DNA from: Hydrolagus colliei
Taxonomy: Eukaryota
Assembly: GCA_035084275.1 (NCBI GenBank)
Contig: CM068757.1
Coordinates: 5,704,001 to 5,768,000, forward strand
Reading direction: 5' to 3'
DNA: 64,000 nt
Shown: positions 24,151 to 36,720 of the stretch, one piece after another
How the letters are laid out: each line of letters begins with the position of its first letter
How positions within the stretch are numbered: the first letter of the stretch is position 1
Translations under genes and position numbers: made by a program
The notes under the pieces: generated by a model
Databases searched by the model: none
Told to the model about the DNA's origin: nothing
Seen by the model: the letters and a program-made list of their open reading frames with translations, nothing else

Positions 24151-25694
24151 ATTCTGTTGTAGCAAACTGCACAAAATGAATAGTTAAGGCATTGAGTTGT
24201 GGTGAATATTATTTAGCTGGTACCATTTTCGAGGTCTGGTTGTGAAACAGATAACATTTATTATCAAGTGGATGTTTGGTTTTGGTTAGTCATTTCAAAT
24301 TATCTAAAGCCGGCGAATAAAGAAAGAAAATAAACTCAGTTAAACCACACAGGGCTATTGAAACTGGACCGGAGCAAAATAAGAGGTGAAGAACAATTCC
24401 ATTACTATTCCCTCTTCAGGTTAATCAGGAGAGTGGTTCTGTTGGGAGAAAGCTACGCTATTACCAGGGGAGACTGTGTCTGGATAAAAACAAAGAATAA
24501 CTAAAGCAGTCCCATAGCCTGCAGTAATCAGAGAAGTGAAGAAAACCGGAAAGACATTGACTTCAATTGGAAACTTTGTAATGAATATACAGTGGTGTAC
24601 CACTGTGAAGAAAGAACCATCTGTATAGGAACCTCAAGAGAGCACGGAAAAAAATCAAAAGCCATTGTCAACGTGCCATCATTTCCAACTTTGCCTCTAC
24701 GCACTGGGTTATTTAATCTCTTAGATGCTTGTCGAACAAGATGCCTGTTTTATACAAAAACCACCTTGAACTGTCCTCTTTGTCTTTGTTAGATTATAAA
24801 ATTGTTTTGTTATATTCAACCGTTGATGTCTTGGACACACCTCAACCCATCGTACCACCCTGGCAAAGAAGTTTATATGGACTAAGTGGATCAGAACACA
24901 ACATTCTCTCTACACGTGCATTCTCCCAGTTTTACTGTTTATCAGTAATACATTAAACATTGGGAGCAACAAGACAATTCACAACCAATAACTTCTTTCT
25001 AAGTGTTTTATTCCCTACCACTTGTGCAAGATTGTGTAAGGAACACACTTTTAACTCCCTACGGATGTCTTGTAGGTAATGACCTTCTGATCTAACGATG
25101 GGTTATGCGTCTGCTTTCTGTTTGTACCTGGCAGTGTGTGGCCTGACATGAAAGGCACGATACAAATGTAAATTTGTTGCTGTTGTTATCGTCTTTCTGT
25201 CTCTGCTTGCGTGAAAGTTTCTGCATTCTCCAGTGATCTTGTGAGGGGAATAAATTTGTGTCCCTATTTAGTCAGCGGAAATTTAAGCAATAGTTGGTCA
25301 GATTGGGGTTGGTATTAGGGTTCAGAGTCGTGAACCTGGTCTGATCTCGAAGGTTGTTTTTTTTTCTAAACGCCAACACTCGTATCTAATCTGATTCACT
25401 TGAAGCAGCCATTGGAAGTCTTGGCACTGATCATAAAAAGCAATGTGAATCTATTTGATGCAGTAAAATCAAACCTCTTCACCGTGAACGCTTTTTTAAA
25501 AAAGACTGATAGAGAAATATATCAACATAAATAACATTAACCTTGAGAAAGCAAATTCTAAATAATATAGATGGTGTGCTACTGCATTCTGCAGTGTCCT
25601 TGAATGGCTATATTAAAGGTGGGCAAAGTTAGCTTTTTTGAAAACATGTGTTATGTCCCTTGCAGTACAGTTCTATAACTCAGCCAAAGTGTGA

Positions 25695-25992
25695 TGATAA
25701 TTCTTGCATTTGATAGAGTGCTTTTTCACGCCTTCTAACGTCTCAAAGCGCTTCACAGAATATACTGTAAAGTGAATTGACTGTGTATTTGTGGGCGAAA
25801 CATGGCAGCCAATTGCGCACAGCAGTGTCCCACAAACAGTCATGGATTGAAATGACCAATTTATTATTGTTTTATTTTGAGGGATTATTATCAGGTGTGT
25901 GGAGTAAGAAAACTTTCCCAGGGTTTCACCCGGCCTGGAAATGAACCCAGGTCTTTCACTTATAAGGTGAGTGCTCTAACCACTGAGCTACA
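25695..25992 (-). mobile_element. SINE family A, full-length short form
   Basis: Runs from the tail TTCTTGCATTTGAT to the head GTGCTCTAACCACTGAGCTACA and lacks the central ~60-bp module. Confidence 0.92.
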
Positions 25993-26169
25993 TATAGACG
26001 TATAGATTACAGAGTTTTCTTTTCCCCTCCAATGGTTTTCTTTGCTCTGCTGAAAGCCCTGATTTGCACTGGGTGTAGTTACCTAAGTATTGTCTGCCCT
26101 CTAACCTATCACCGAAGCGCTTTATGTAGAGGCTTTTACGGGCTAGAAAGTGGTGGGAGTGGAATGGAG

Positions 26170-26390
26170 TTCACTTCTGGCTCTCACCTGATGTACACAT
26201 TTTCCTGGAGAGTGATCAGCAACAGGAATCCTGGTTTATCCCAATCCTGGGACACTGAGGCTGATTTTGCTAACACTATCTCTTTCCCTGGCTAAGATCT
26301 GCTAACCTTATCTCAGAGCACAAATCAAAAATGGAACCACGCTGGTCTGTGAGTCTACGCAAGGCTGTTAAAGGTGATCAGCTGAGCGAA
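26170..26390 (-). mobile_element. AmnSINE2-like ancient SINE relic
   Basis: The minus strand reads GCTCAGCTG...CAGACCAG...GTTAGCAGATCTTAGCCAGGG...CAGCCTCAGTGTCCCAGG...AACCAGGATTCCTGTTGCTGATCACTCTCCAGGAAAATGTGTACATCAGGTGAG, collinear with the AmnSINE2 consensus as I recall it. Confidence 0.6.
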
Positions 26391-28865
26391 CAGTACAATT
26401 CTATTCCATTCTGCAATGATCTTACCTCGCACTAAAATATGATGTACTGCGTGCAATGTAAGATTATAGCATGAGCGAATAACCAAAACATAAGTTCCTT
26501 GCAGTGAAACGGGAAAATATTCATCACATTTTTATCGAAAGATATTCAAAATAAGGAAACCAATAACTCCGTCCACAGACCGATTTTTAATCCCATCTAT
26601 AACCTGCACCACTTCTGTTCAGTATGGTTTTGCCATGAATAACCTGGAGAGTAATTCAAAGAAAGTGTTTTTTGGGGGGAATCACAAGCAGTGATTTATC
26701 CATCTCGCACAAACTGAAAATATGTTGAAAATTCTGGCAGAGTGAGATTTATGAAAAGCCGATAATATTTTCAAGCAGACATTCAGGATTTAGAAAGTTG
26801 TACAGAAATACACCCCAAATCTTCCTATAATAGGGAACACATAGGAAGGTGCCATTGGGGTATGATATATATTGACAGAGACTTTATTGCTGCACTGTTT
26901 TATGCATAATTCATTGGTCTTCTGCCTTACTCCTGCTCTTAGGGCTAGACACAAAACACAATTAATTGGCTGTGTAGATCTAATTTCAATACAGGTAAAC
27001 AGAATGAGCAAAACCAGGACAGATTATAGATTTTTGGAAGCCACCTGAGTCATGCAGATGCAGCACCCAACCAGTAGCACTTCACTTATCCCTGTTTTCT
27101 CCCATACTTCAGTCGTCCCCCTCACTCAAATTTACAGTGTATCCCATGAAGCGCTCAGCTAGTCTTCCTGACTTGAAAGGCTATATACCAAATGTAAGGA
27201 TTATTATTATTATTTGTAGTATACCTTGTACATTACATTTTATATCAGCAACCAATCATTTCCTAACTAATTAAAGCAATGCGTTCCATAAAAGACAGTC
27301 AACTCAGAAAGATTTGAGAATTACAATGCACTGCTTTAGAGGTCCATGTAACTTAAATCAGTGTATTGTCCTAACTGAGTATAAATGAGTCCAATTTGAC
27401 TTTGGAGGCAATGCACACTGTACACAGATCCCAGATTGCATTTAAACATCCACAGACCCTCAATGTTCAAAATCGCTCTGTATCCAAGCAAATCTAGTAG
27501 TCTGTCTAACCTGATGCCCATCTCTCTATCAAACTGCTGATTTCACCCATGATTTAGCTCCACAATCAATGATTCTTGCACATGGCAAATTATGTTGGCA
27601 TACGTCCAATTTTGTAAGAAAACACACACAGAGCGATCAAATGTAATTCAACCTGTCAATGTGAACAAGATATCAAGACACCCATCAATGTGAACGAGAT
27701 CGCATCAACATTAGCAAAGTCTATAGTACGGTCAAATGATACATGGTCCCCACGTTATTATCGCAATTCCTAGACATACTTAGTAAATATTATATTTCCT
27801 ATTTGGTGGGAGGTTACTGTAAAGAAATTAGGCAAGCTCTTTCGCTCCACACTCTCTGTAATTCACATGAAAGACACAAATTATGCTGGAATAATAACCT
27901 AGTTGGCGATTGAGATGCATGGAATAATAACACACACACACAGTGATAGACACTATACTCAGCTAAAAGCCAGCCAAACCTGCTGTTTGCTAACACACTA
28001 ATCGTTCGGATGTGCTGAAGACCAATGACCATTTGTGGTACAGTAGGTTATGGCAGTAAGTATACTGGAAAATGCGCAGACACATGGGTAATAATGTTAT
28101 GTGCATGACTATTCATACCAGGCAAACTGTTATGATGTACTGAAGAGCAGTGAGTTGTGCAGAGGTGCGGAATTTCACGTGCCTGGCATCTATTACTCTC
28201 AAGACCTTGGGGAAGTTAACTGTGACATTGAAATCTAAATGAGTTTTCTATTACTACTCCCTTGTTTCGTTAAACAGATGAACTGCCATTTTAAGCAAAG
28301 CAGCTGTCATGTGGCTTTGATAAGGTGGATTGTCTGCGGCACACAGGAATCAGAGGCACAGAAGGTGAGAGCAGCTATCACCTTCATGTGCTTCTGGCAG
28401 ATAGGTGCTCACTGAAGAGGATCTCGGTGAAGCAGCCTTCAATTCCTGATGGAAAGGACTATCGGCAAACAGAGGTCAATGATAAATAGTGTAGGAAAAT
28501 GCATGACTGCTGGTAGATGCATCTGTGTCCTTCAGTTTGTGCCTGTGTGTGTTGGCCAGTCAATCCGAACGGGGAAGGGAAGTGAAGCTCAGGCAGGATT
28601 ATCTGTGCTGGAGCGAGACTGTTTGTCCTCGAGTCCCTGCTTCTAATCCGTGGCTACACCACGTCTAGGAAAGCACATGGATCAGAGATGAATTTGAAAG
28701 CTGATTAAGTATTTGTTTCCCTGGATAATACTTTACCAATTACGCACAATGATGGTGTGCACCAAGTACTGATGAAAGCCAAAGGAAAACGGCACACAGC
28801 GCTGGATGCAAAAATCAAATTGCTGCCTTCAATGTGTGATGCTGAAAGAAAGAATTCCACATGAA

Positions 28866-29312
28866 ACTAGTTGCGAGCCCAGCTGATTTGGTACCATTCC
28901 CGCCTTTGAGTCAGGCGATTGTGGATTCAAGTCCACATCAGAATTTTGAACGCACAATAGTGAGTCCTGTAGCTCAGCTGTTAGAGTACTCGCCGCGCAA
29001 GTGAGAGACCTGGGCTTGATTCCCGGCAGGGTAAAACCTTGGGCACGTTTCCTCACTCCATACACCTGATAATAATCCCTCAAGGAAACAAACATGGTGC
29101 CATGGTTCCTATTTGTCTGTTCAGATGGATGTTAAAGTTCTCATTGCACTACTTGTTTGAAGTTTTTCCCGGTGTCCTGGCCAACAGTCACCAGATACAG
29201 TGGCAGCCACTGTTGTCAACGAATACAGTCAGCCAATCTGCTTTATAGTAAATGCAGTGGTGGGACATCAACAAAGTGATAAGTCGATATATCAAACGCA
29301 AGGATCATTATA
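28866..29312 (+). mobile_element. Composite: family B head, family A head, family B body
   Basis: B head at 28866-28950, A head GTCCTGTAGCTCAGCTGTTAGAG...GATAATAATCCCTC at 28964-29085, then the Deu core CAGATGGATGTTAAAG...CCGGTGTCCTGGCCAACA and a tail to about 29312. Confidence 0.75.
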
Positions 29313-30070
29313 ACAGCCACTGATCACTTTCTCAGGAAATCTCACAATAAGAAAAAAAATGCAATTCACTATAACTAGCCAGGTTTTCCACAAAGTACAT
29401 GTGTGTCTGTGTGTGTGTGTGTATGTGGATGGTGTGTGTAGATGTTGTGTGTGTGTGTTCCCAGGCTACTGGTCACTGCAAAACAGTAATGCAGTGGGTG
29501 CGACTGAGAAACATGGTAAATCTACAGATCAATTGTGTTTCTTCTGATGAGATACTATTCGTTCATCGTCAGAAACAACTGCTTTGTTCGGTAGCACATT
29601 GAGTGGAGTCCCGCAGAATTGGGATTCCAGTTTCCAACCAATTCATTCATATTTTAGTGAGCTCGGTGGTTTTGTGTAAACGCGAGATAAGATGGTACGA
29701 TCTGCAAACCTGTGCATAGCACATCCTCCAATACTGATGCAGCCTGGAATCAAGAACAGGATATTAGTTACTGAATGTTACGCCGATGTTCCCCGCGATG
29801 GTTAATTGATTAATCGATTTAAATAACCAGCACAGCCCTGGTATCTGCATCAGATGTTGACTTGCCTTCTCGTGAGATTATTCTACAGTTTTCTGCAGCA
29901 GTTTGCATTGTTCTAATCTAATCCTCTGAACCCTGTTATTGTGAATTACTCCCAGGCACTCTGCAGTGCTGCAATAACGACACCATCTGGTATCTTGCCA
30001 GCAGTCATTAAGTGGTGCCTTTTCATAGTTAACAAACGGAGAATAAGATAAAAGCAGCATGTTTTACAAC

Positions 30071-30395
30071 AATAATCCTTACATTTGATACGGCCCCTTA
30101 TTGCATCATTGAGACATCTCAAAGCGCTTCACAGAATATATTGTAAAGTGGATTGACTGTGTATTTTGCGGGTGAAAATGCAGCAGCCAATTGAGCACAC
30201 AAAGATTGAGGGACCAAATTTTGATTGGAGGGATTATTATCCCCAGAAAGCAATCCACGATTTGACTGACAACCGTTGCCTAATTACTGCTAGGTAAACA
30301 GGGTATAGAGTAAGGAAATTTAACTAAAGTTTCACCCAGTCCGGGAAACAAACCCAGGTCCTCTTGCTTGTGAGGTGAGTGCGCTAACTACTACA
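30071..30395 (-). mobile_element. SINE family A, long form
   Basis: Tail AATAATCCTTACATTTGAT, central module ACTGCTAGGTAAACAG and head AACCCAGGTCCTCTTGCTTGTGAGGTGAGTGC. Confidence 0.88.
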
Positions 30396-31070
30396 TGATG
30401 GAACTCCACTAAAATTCAGTTTAAAACACAAGAAAAATCAAATACACAATAAGATGAATAACACATTTCATACCAGATCGTATGTGATAATTGTAGCGTC
30501 AACAACTCACATTTATATAGCTGTCTTCACGCAGGTAGCGTCTGAGCACTTTCAAAACTTATCTAATTACTGTATCATGTGAGTTAAATTAAGTTATGAA
30601 ATATCTCATTTTTCATAACACTATTAATATAGTGATGTATTGCTACAACATTTGAACTCTAATCTCGTTTCCTGTGCAGTACACAAGCCAACGATATCCT
30701 CTGCTAGGTTTACTGTAAGAAGCAGCAGTGAGTGTAACATGTATAATTGGCTCTATTCATTTGGAGTAACTGCAGAAGGGATCCCAGCCTGGAGACACCA
30801 GATTGAACCCTTATTAAAAGCTGGAAATAAAACAAACAAAATCAACACCAGACACCACTCGATCAACTGTAGGCAAATCTGCTGAGCGTTTCATTTCGCC
30901 AGCAAAACGTGGGAGGCAGCAATTTCCTGATAGACCAGAGCGCAATGGTCATTAGTGCCACAAATTTACCAGATAAAGATTTAACATGTTGAGCACCTCG
31001 AAGATGTTTTGCAGCATTCCAAAACGAACGAGTCGACGAAGGTGCACATATTTGCATAAAGCCTACCATG

Positions 31071-31340
31071 TAATAATCCTTGCATTTGATCGAGCGCCGT
31101 TTCACAGCTTTAAGACGTCTCAAAGCTGTAAATAATATACTGTAAAGTGACTTGACTGTATCCTGTGGGTGAAACACTTCAGCAAATTGCACACTTTAGT
31201 GTCCCCACAACAGTCGTGGATTGAGTGACCAAATTATTGTAGACAGCCAATGTGCACACAGCCAAGGCCCATAAACAGCCATGAGGCAAATGACCAATTT
31301 TTATTTGGAGTATTGTCGGCCAGGACACTGGGAGAATTAT
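31071..31340 (-). mobile_element. SINE A tail adjacent to a Deu-SINE fragment
   Basis: TAATAATCCTTGCATTTGAT...GGATTGAGTGACCAA, followed by CAGCCAATGTGCACACAG...GGCCAGGACACTGGGAGAA. Confidence 0.7.
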
Positions 31341-32169
31341 TGGTGCAATTACACAACAGCAATCTTTCCAAATCTGCGAGATGCAATCATGGCAGAAGAA
31401 ATAAACGGGCCCACATTGATCTCTGCTCGAAGCTCAGGCACTCACAGAAGCTGGCTGGAGATCAATTTCAATTTGATGGAAGCAAATATTTTAAGCTGGA
31501 TTTGATTAGAAGGCATACAAATATTGATTAGCAAAATGATTCGCAAAACGCCAACTTACTTGGAAGCAGAATTACAAGCGGACTTATGAATGCAACATTA
31601 CCCTGCGAAGTGGAAACGTCAAGGGATGGGTCTCTACTTGTGCGATCGTGACGCTGAACATTTAATGTTGATAATCGATTTCTTCTCAGCGGTAACTAAG
31701 ACTGGTGCTGAACACCAGTGTGCTCAGGCACACAGTCAGTGATAGATTTCAACGTTGAGTCCTGCTGGTACTTAGATCAAGTGCTTGGTATTATCATATT
31801 CCACCTAAATCATACAAGCAACAAGAGCAGCGCACAAGCAAAATAATGATGAATTTACAAGGAGGGCACATAAACCTATAAAGAGAATTTCAAAGTCCTG
31901 CACAAATAACTTGCCTCAAACTGAAAGCTGATGCCTGAAGTGCCTTAGGCAGCAGTGAAATTATGTCAGTGGTATTTTTACTTACTTTGCAATTGCCTTC
32001 AAGCTCAATACATGCCAGTGATTTTTGTTTTGTCAATATTATCTCTTCAGCTCTGCAATATCTTTGGTGCCAAACATAAGGCCACTTTAGGGGAGTTATT
32101 GCCATGGGGTTTACAACAAAATCATTGCCTTGTGTGAATTATTTTTCAAAATACTAAAATAGTTTACCT

Positions 32170-32230
32170 CTTTTCAAAGAGCCGGTACAGACTCGATGGG
32201 CCAAATGGCCTCCTTTTGCGCCTTTGTGCC
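32170..32230 (+). mobile_element. CR1 3' terminal fragment
   Basis: GAGCCGGTACAGACTCGATGGGCCAAATGGCCTCCTT is a typical chondrichthyan CR1 3' UTR end. Confidence 0.7.
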
Positions 32231-32234
32231 TTTG

Positions 32235-32316
32235 TTTTTTTTCTTGAGGGATTATTATCAGGCGTGCGGAGTAAGGAAACTTGCCCAAGATTTCGCCCCT
32301 GCCGGGAATCAAACCT
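32235..32316 (-). mobile_element. SINE A fragment (short form, B-box region)
   Basis: GAGGGATTATTATCAGGCGTGCGGAGTAAGGAAACTTGCCCAAG...CCGGGAATCAAACC. Confidence 0.85.
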
Positions 32317-33529
32317 ATGCGTTTTATTTTTTCCTTCTCTCTGTCCCATAGCTTGTTCTTCAAAAAAGATATAGAACTCTGTTTGGAGTCCTGCTCTACC
32401 TTGATACACATGAGAGGCAACATGTTTAATCCTGATGACAATGGCCTACCACCCAGGGAGATATGTCTCCATCTTCTACATTAATGGCTAACACTGATCC
32501 AATAGAGCGTTCGGCTTTTGTGTAGCAGCTCCCATAGTGATCGATTGTCTATTCTGTAACTTGTAAATGTCCCATGCAAGATATAAGTCAAGCATTGATC
32601 CACACTCACAGCTGAGCGCATTAGACTTGGACATTGACTAAGTCACTGCGCAAGAGAGTGGGGAGCAAACATATAATTTTTTTCTTTTATTCTCCAATAA
32701 ATTGTTGGGTTTATAATGGCTATGAATGTTTTTTGAGCTGATTTGAAAGAGCAATTTCCTATTACCGTGTATTGCTCCCTATTGATGTAGCCTTTGATGA
32801 CGAGATTCTGAAGTTGAATCTACTTTCTTTCTACACTGGACCTGCTGTCCACTGAAGACACTGTTGTTGGTTGCCAGGGAGAACGGAGATGGTGTATGGC
32901 TTTTTGTTGTGATTATTGCTCCTCCTGACGTGAAAGGCACTAAACAAATGTAATGTGGTTGTTGTTGTTATTGTTGTTGATCTCTCAGCTGCATCAGTTG
33001 CAGTTGGTGGCCTTGGAATCAATAAATGGTTCACCTTGGGTGATCTGCAGAGAGAGAAAGAGAGAGAGAGAGAAAGTGAAATCCCTGGAAGCTTAATATT
33101 GAACTGGATGGACTTGTACAGCTCTGGAATAGTCATTAGAGATCAGCACGCACCCACACAATCTACATTATAAACATCAAGCACTCTGTACACTCATAGG
33201 GAAATGAGTAGAATTTGAAAATAATCGAGAAGGAAAGCCAAGGGTGTGAAGAAACTGCATGAATGTAGAGAGTACTCAGATACAGCAAATCATTCTCTTT
33301 TACCCCGTCTCATAGTTATACAAATGTAGCGATGTCCCAGATTCATCGCTGCGGTGGCAAAAAAAAACTCAATGGTTAAAACATAAATTCCTTTACTCTT
33401 TCTCCTGAGGGAATGTTTCTTGGCAATCTTCTTGATGTCACTATTTCTTTCCTGATGTTCTAGCAGTGCATATTTTTAAATTCAAGAAACCACACTGGAC
33501 TGTTCATCAAGCTCTTCTGTGGAATAATG

Positions 33530-33705
33530 TTAATATTAAGCCTTGCGTTCAATATAGAGCCTACATCACGTCGTCGAGATGTCTCACAGTGCTTTACAGG
33601 TTACACTGTAAAGTGTAGTAACTGTGTATTTTGTGGGTGTAAGACAGCAGCCAAGTGTCCGCAGCAGTGTCTTGCAAACAGTTGCGGATTCAGTAACCAC
33701 ATTGT
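33530..33705 (-). mobile_element. SINE tail fragment
   Basis: CCTTGCGTTCAATATAG...CTGTAAAGTG...CAGCAGTGTCTTGCAAACAG. Confidence 0.7.
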
Positions 33706-33709
33706 CCGA

Positions 33710-33835
33710 CTGCCTATGGTAGGGCGAAGGGTGCAAGGGACGAGTAGGAGGCACCAGGTGAAATGGGGAGTGAGGAGGTCGGAGAGGTAGGGAGGTGCGA
33801 GGGAGTGAGTGGACTTGACCAGAACAGCGCAGGAC
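33710..33835 (-). mobile_element. L2 ORF2 C-terminal fragment
   Basis: The minus-strand translation VLVKSTHSLAPPYLSDLL...RPTIG matches the L2 motif KSLHGLAPPYLSDLL. Confidence 0.75.
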
Positions 33836-36372
33836 AGGTGAAACCACCCCCACCCCGAAAGGAACTTAAGAATCCCGATGAATCTCAAGCACATTTAAAC
33901 GCAGGTAATAAACATATTTGTAACTAGGTTATTTTATGACAGGTGCTGAGGGAGCACTTTGAGCGGAAACAATTCCCACCACATTTGACTTACCCTTGAA
34001 ACCATCTAAACTAATTATTGAAGATGCGTTTCAATTTGATGGTTTAATTTACCTGGTGGGGTGGGGGATGGCTGGGTGGGGTGGGAAGTAGGGTTGCATA
34101 GGTGATTGGCAGTAACAATGGAGAGTGGCACAGAATTCCATGCTTACTTGTTTGCTTATCGAGTTGCACAGTGAATTAGGGCATTAATTGGCTTGACATT
34201 TGCTGTCAATTTGCGATTGACTAATACTTATCAAATGCGTTGGTTGAAGGGGGAATCGTCTACATGTGCTGTGTGGACGCCTGTTGTTCATAATGACATT
34301 AAGCAACGTGTGGGACAATTTCAAAGAGGAGAAATATCCACAATTTTCGCGCGCCTGATCACTACGAGTGTGCTGGCGTGAACCTCAGCCATCGTTAGGG
34401 TCAGGCTCCGCTGGAGGAATTAGCCTGCTCATGGCATCGTTTAGGCTCGCGCGGGAAGAACGCACAGTTGGTTGTCGTGCAAAGACAGTTCGAGTCAGCT
34501 CCTTCAGGGTGCATGAGAGAACTGGAGAGTGAGGAAATGCACACAAGCGGCGTAAAACAATTGCTAACAGGCCAGAGACAGAGCGAAAGTGTAAAACAGG
34601 CAGAGCGGCGTGTAATGAGCATTTAAAAGGTTCACCAGCATACAACAAACAGGTTCTGAAGACAATGCTAATTGCAGTTTGCGATCCGATCAGCTTGAAA
34701 TATCTGAAGGTACACAATGCGCCAATAAAGCTCTTATTATTGGGCAGGTCTGTAAAATGCAGCCCGGACTCAGCGCTAATGCAGCATTGAAAACGCGTGT
34801 ACCCAACATCATCAATCGAGTTCAAGGATGTACAGGACTGAAACTTCGAAGCAAAGGTAGTGAGGTTTGATCTTGAGAGAAACCAGAGGGTTTCACTGGT
34901 TTTTTGTGTGTGTGAGCAGGTTGATGAAAGCTTTCTGATCCAGTGATGAAGTACGGCTATTACCGTTTTGATCTAGGCAGACAGGTAGACGTTTCAAAGA
35001 GGAGTGTATTTACATTTCTGAAGAATCTTGATGTAAGATTGGGGGCGTTTGCAGCAGTGAGACGTGTGTTGGACTGGAGGAGCGAGAGCTAGCAACTGGT
35101 GCAATTTTGTTTTACTCTTCTGCACCCACCACCTCTGTACCCGCTTACCAAATGGTTAGCTGTCGAGTACACTCAGTCATAACACTCCGTCTAGGTATTG
35201 TTCTACTTGTAAACTGTCAAATTCATCACAATTGTTTTATTCAACGCAATGTCTGGCTCAAAATGATGAGAACCTGAGGCAATGGGAGTTCTGAGTCCAG
35301 CCCTGGGGCATCACAGCTTTAAGGAACGATGTAAAGTAAGTAGAATTGAAATACTATTTGCCTGTGTCAATCACCACAACAGTAAGTGGTTGGAATTGAA
35401 CAAATTTCTCTCTCTCTCTCAGTCTGACTCTCCAACTTTATATCTCATTGATTTCCTGATCTTCTTCCTCTGTATCTCTGGTTTCTGCTTTGCTCTCCTT
35501 CTCTCTGAATTTCTCCACGAGTCTCTCTTTCCCTCCCACTTTGTGAAAAAACCCAACCTTGACATTGAACCATGTGGTTTCTCTTTGAACACTCCAAACA
35601 ACTATCCTTCTAGTGTTACGGTCTTAGCTTCTGTGGTCACTTGTCGCAATGCAAAACCCGTGCTAATAACCATCCATGCAGAAAAAAAATCCTTCTCACC
35701 TATTCATCTTGACGTTACTTCCTACTGTTTGTACAGGGTAATACATGGCACCTAACTGATTCTATCTGACACAACGATAACTTGAATCTCTGCCGTAGAC
35801 TGATTTTCATTCCGCTGACTCCTTAATCTCGTGACCTCAGCGACGAGGGTTAATGTGATTTCCCTCAGCCTGTTGCAGCAAATATGGGATGCCAGCCTCT
35901 GATCAGAAGAGACTGAACTCAAAAGACACCTGATTTCAGGCTGCAGAGGAAGCACGTTTCGTTGGCTTACAATAACAGTCGTGGGTTACTGGGTGTATGT
36001 ATGTGTCTGCTGTCTTTCTACAATACACTCAATCTTACAACCTCACTAAATCAAGGCAAAGAGATCAACTCCACTTACATTCTGCCCCACAGATCGCAGG
36101 TGACTAGCGATAAAACAATAAATTATTGCGCTTGAGGAAGCCAACTGCGTATGTCGCCAGGTGCCCATTGATATTCCATTTAAGTCCTACTTTGACTGCA
36201 CCTGTGTTGAGATCTTTTGTGTCTGGATTTCATGCAGACGATTCTGCCCCCAAACAATTATAGGTCCGAAGTTACACCTCGACAAGACATCCAGTTGTAA
36301 CAGCAACAAAGCTGAAACATAAAGTATCCGCCCTACTGTTAGGAATACACTAACTTTACAAGTTACATCAAA

Positions 36373-36720
36373 ATAATAATCCTTGCATTTGATATAGCGC
36401 CTTATCATGTCTTTGAAACATCTCAAAGCGCATCACAGAATACTGTGTATTATAAAGTGAAGTGGCTGCATATTTTGTGGGCGAGACGCAGCAGCACATA
36501 GCAGTGTACCAAAATAGTTATGGATTGAAGTGACCAAATTTTTTTAAAGTAACTATTACCCCCGAAAAAGCAATCCACCAATTGACTAACAACCGTTCCC
36601 ACTAACTGCTAGGTAAACAGAGACGTGTGGAGTAAGGAAACTTGCCTAACAATTCGCCCTGCTAGGAATCGAACCCCGGTCTCCTGCTTTCAAAGTGAGT
36701 GCTCCAACCACTGAGTTACA
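36373..36720 (-). mobile_element. SINE family A, full-length long form
   Basis: Tail, central module CTGCTAGGTAAACAGAGACGTGTGGAGTAAGGAAACTTGCC, B-box GGAATCGAACC and A-box CCACTGAGTTACA. Confidence 0.9.

Noticed and set aside
29535-29578. Hammerhead-like CTGATGA...GAAAC
   Set aside because: No stem II closing pair (G...A) and no compatible stems I and III with a cleavage triplet; it is only an imperfect hairpin.
33985-34015. 12-nt minus-strand microexon candidate (ATGGTTTCAAGG|GTAAGT)
   Set aside because: The donor is good but the acceptor lacks a polypyrimidine tract, so it is not supportable without RNA data.
35282-35755. 157-aa ORF
   Set aside because: It starts in a tiny CR1 fragment and crosses a CT-rich low-complexity tract, with no recognisable domain.
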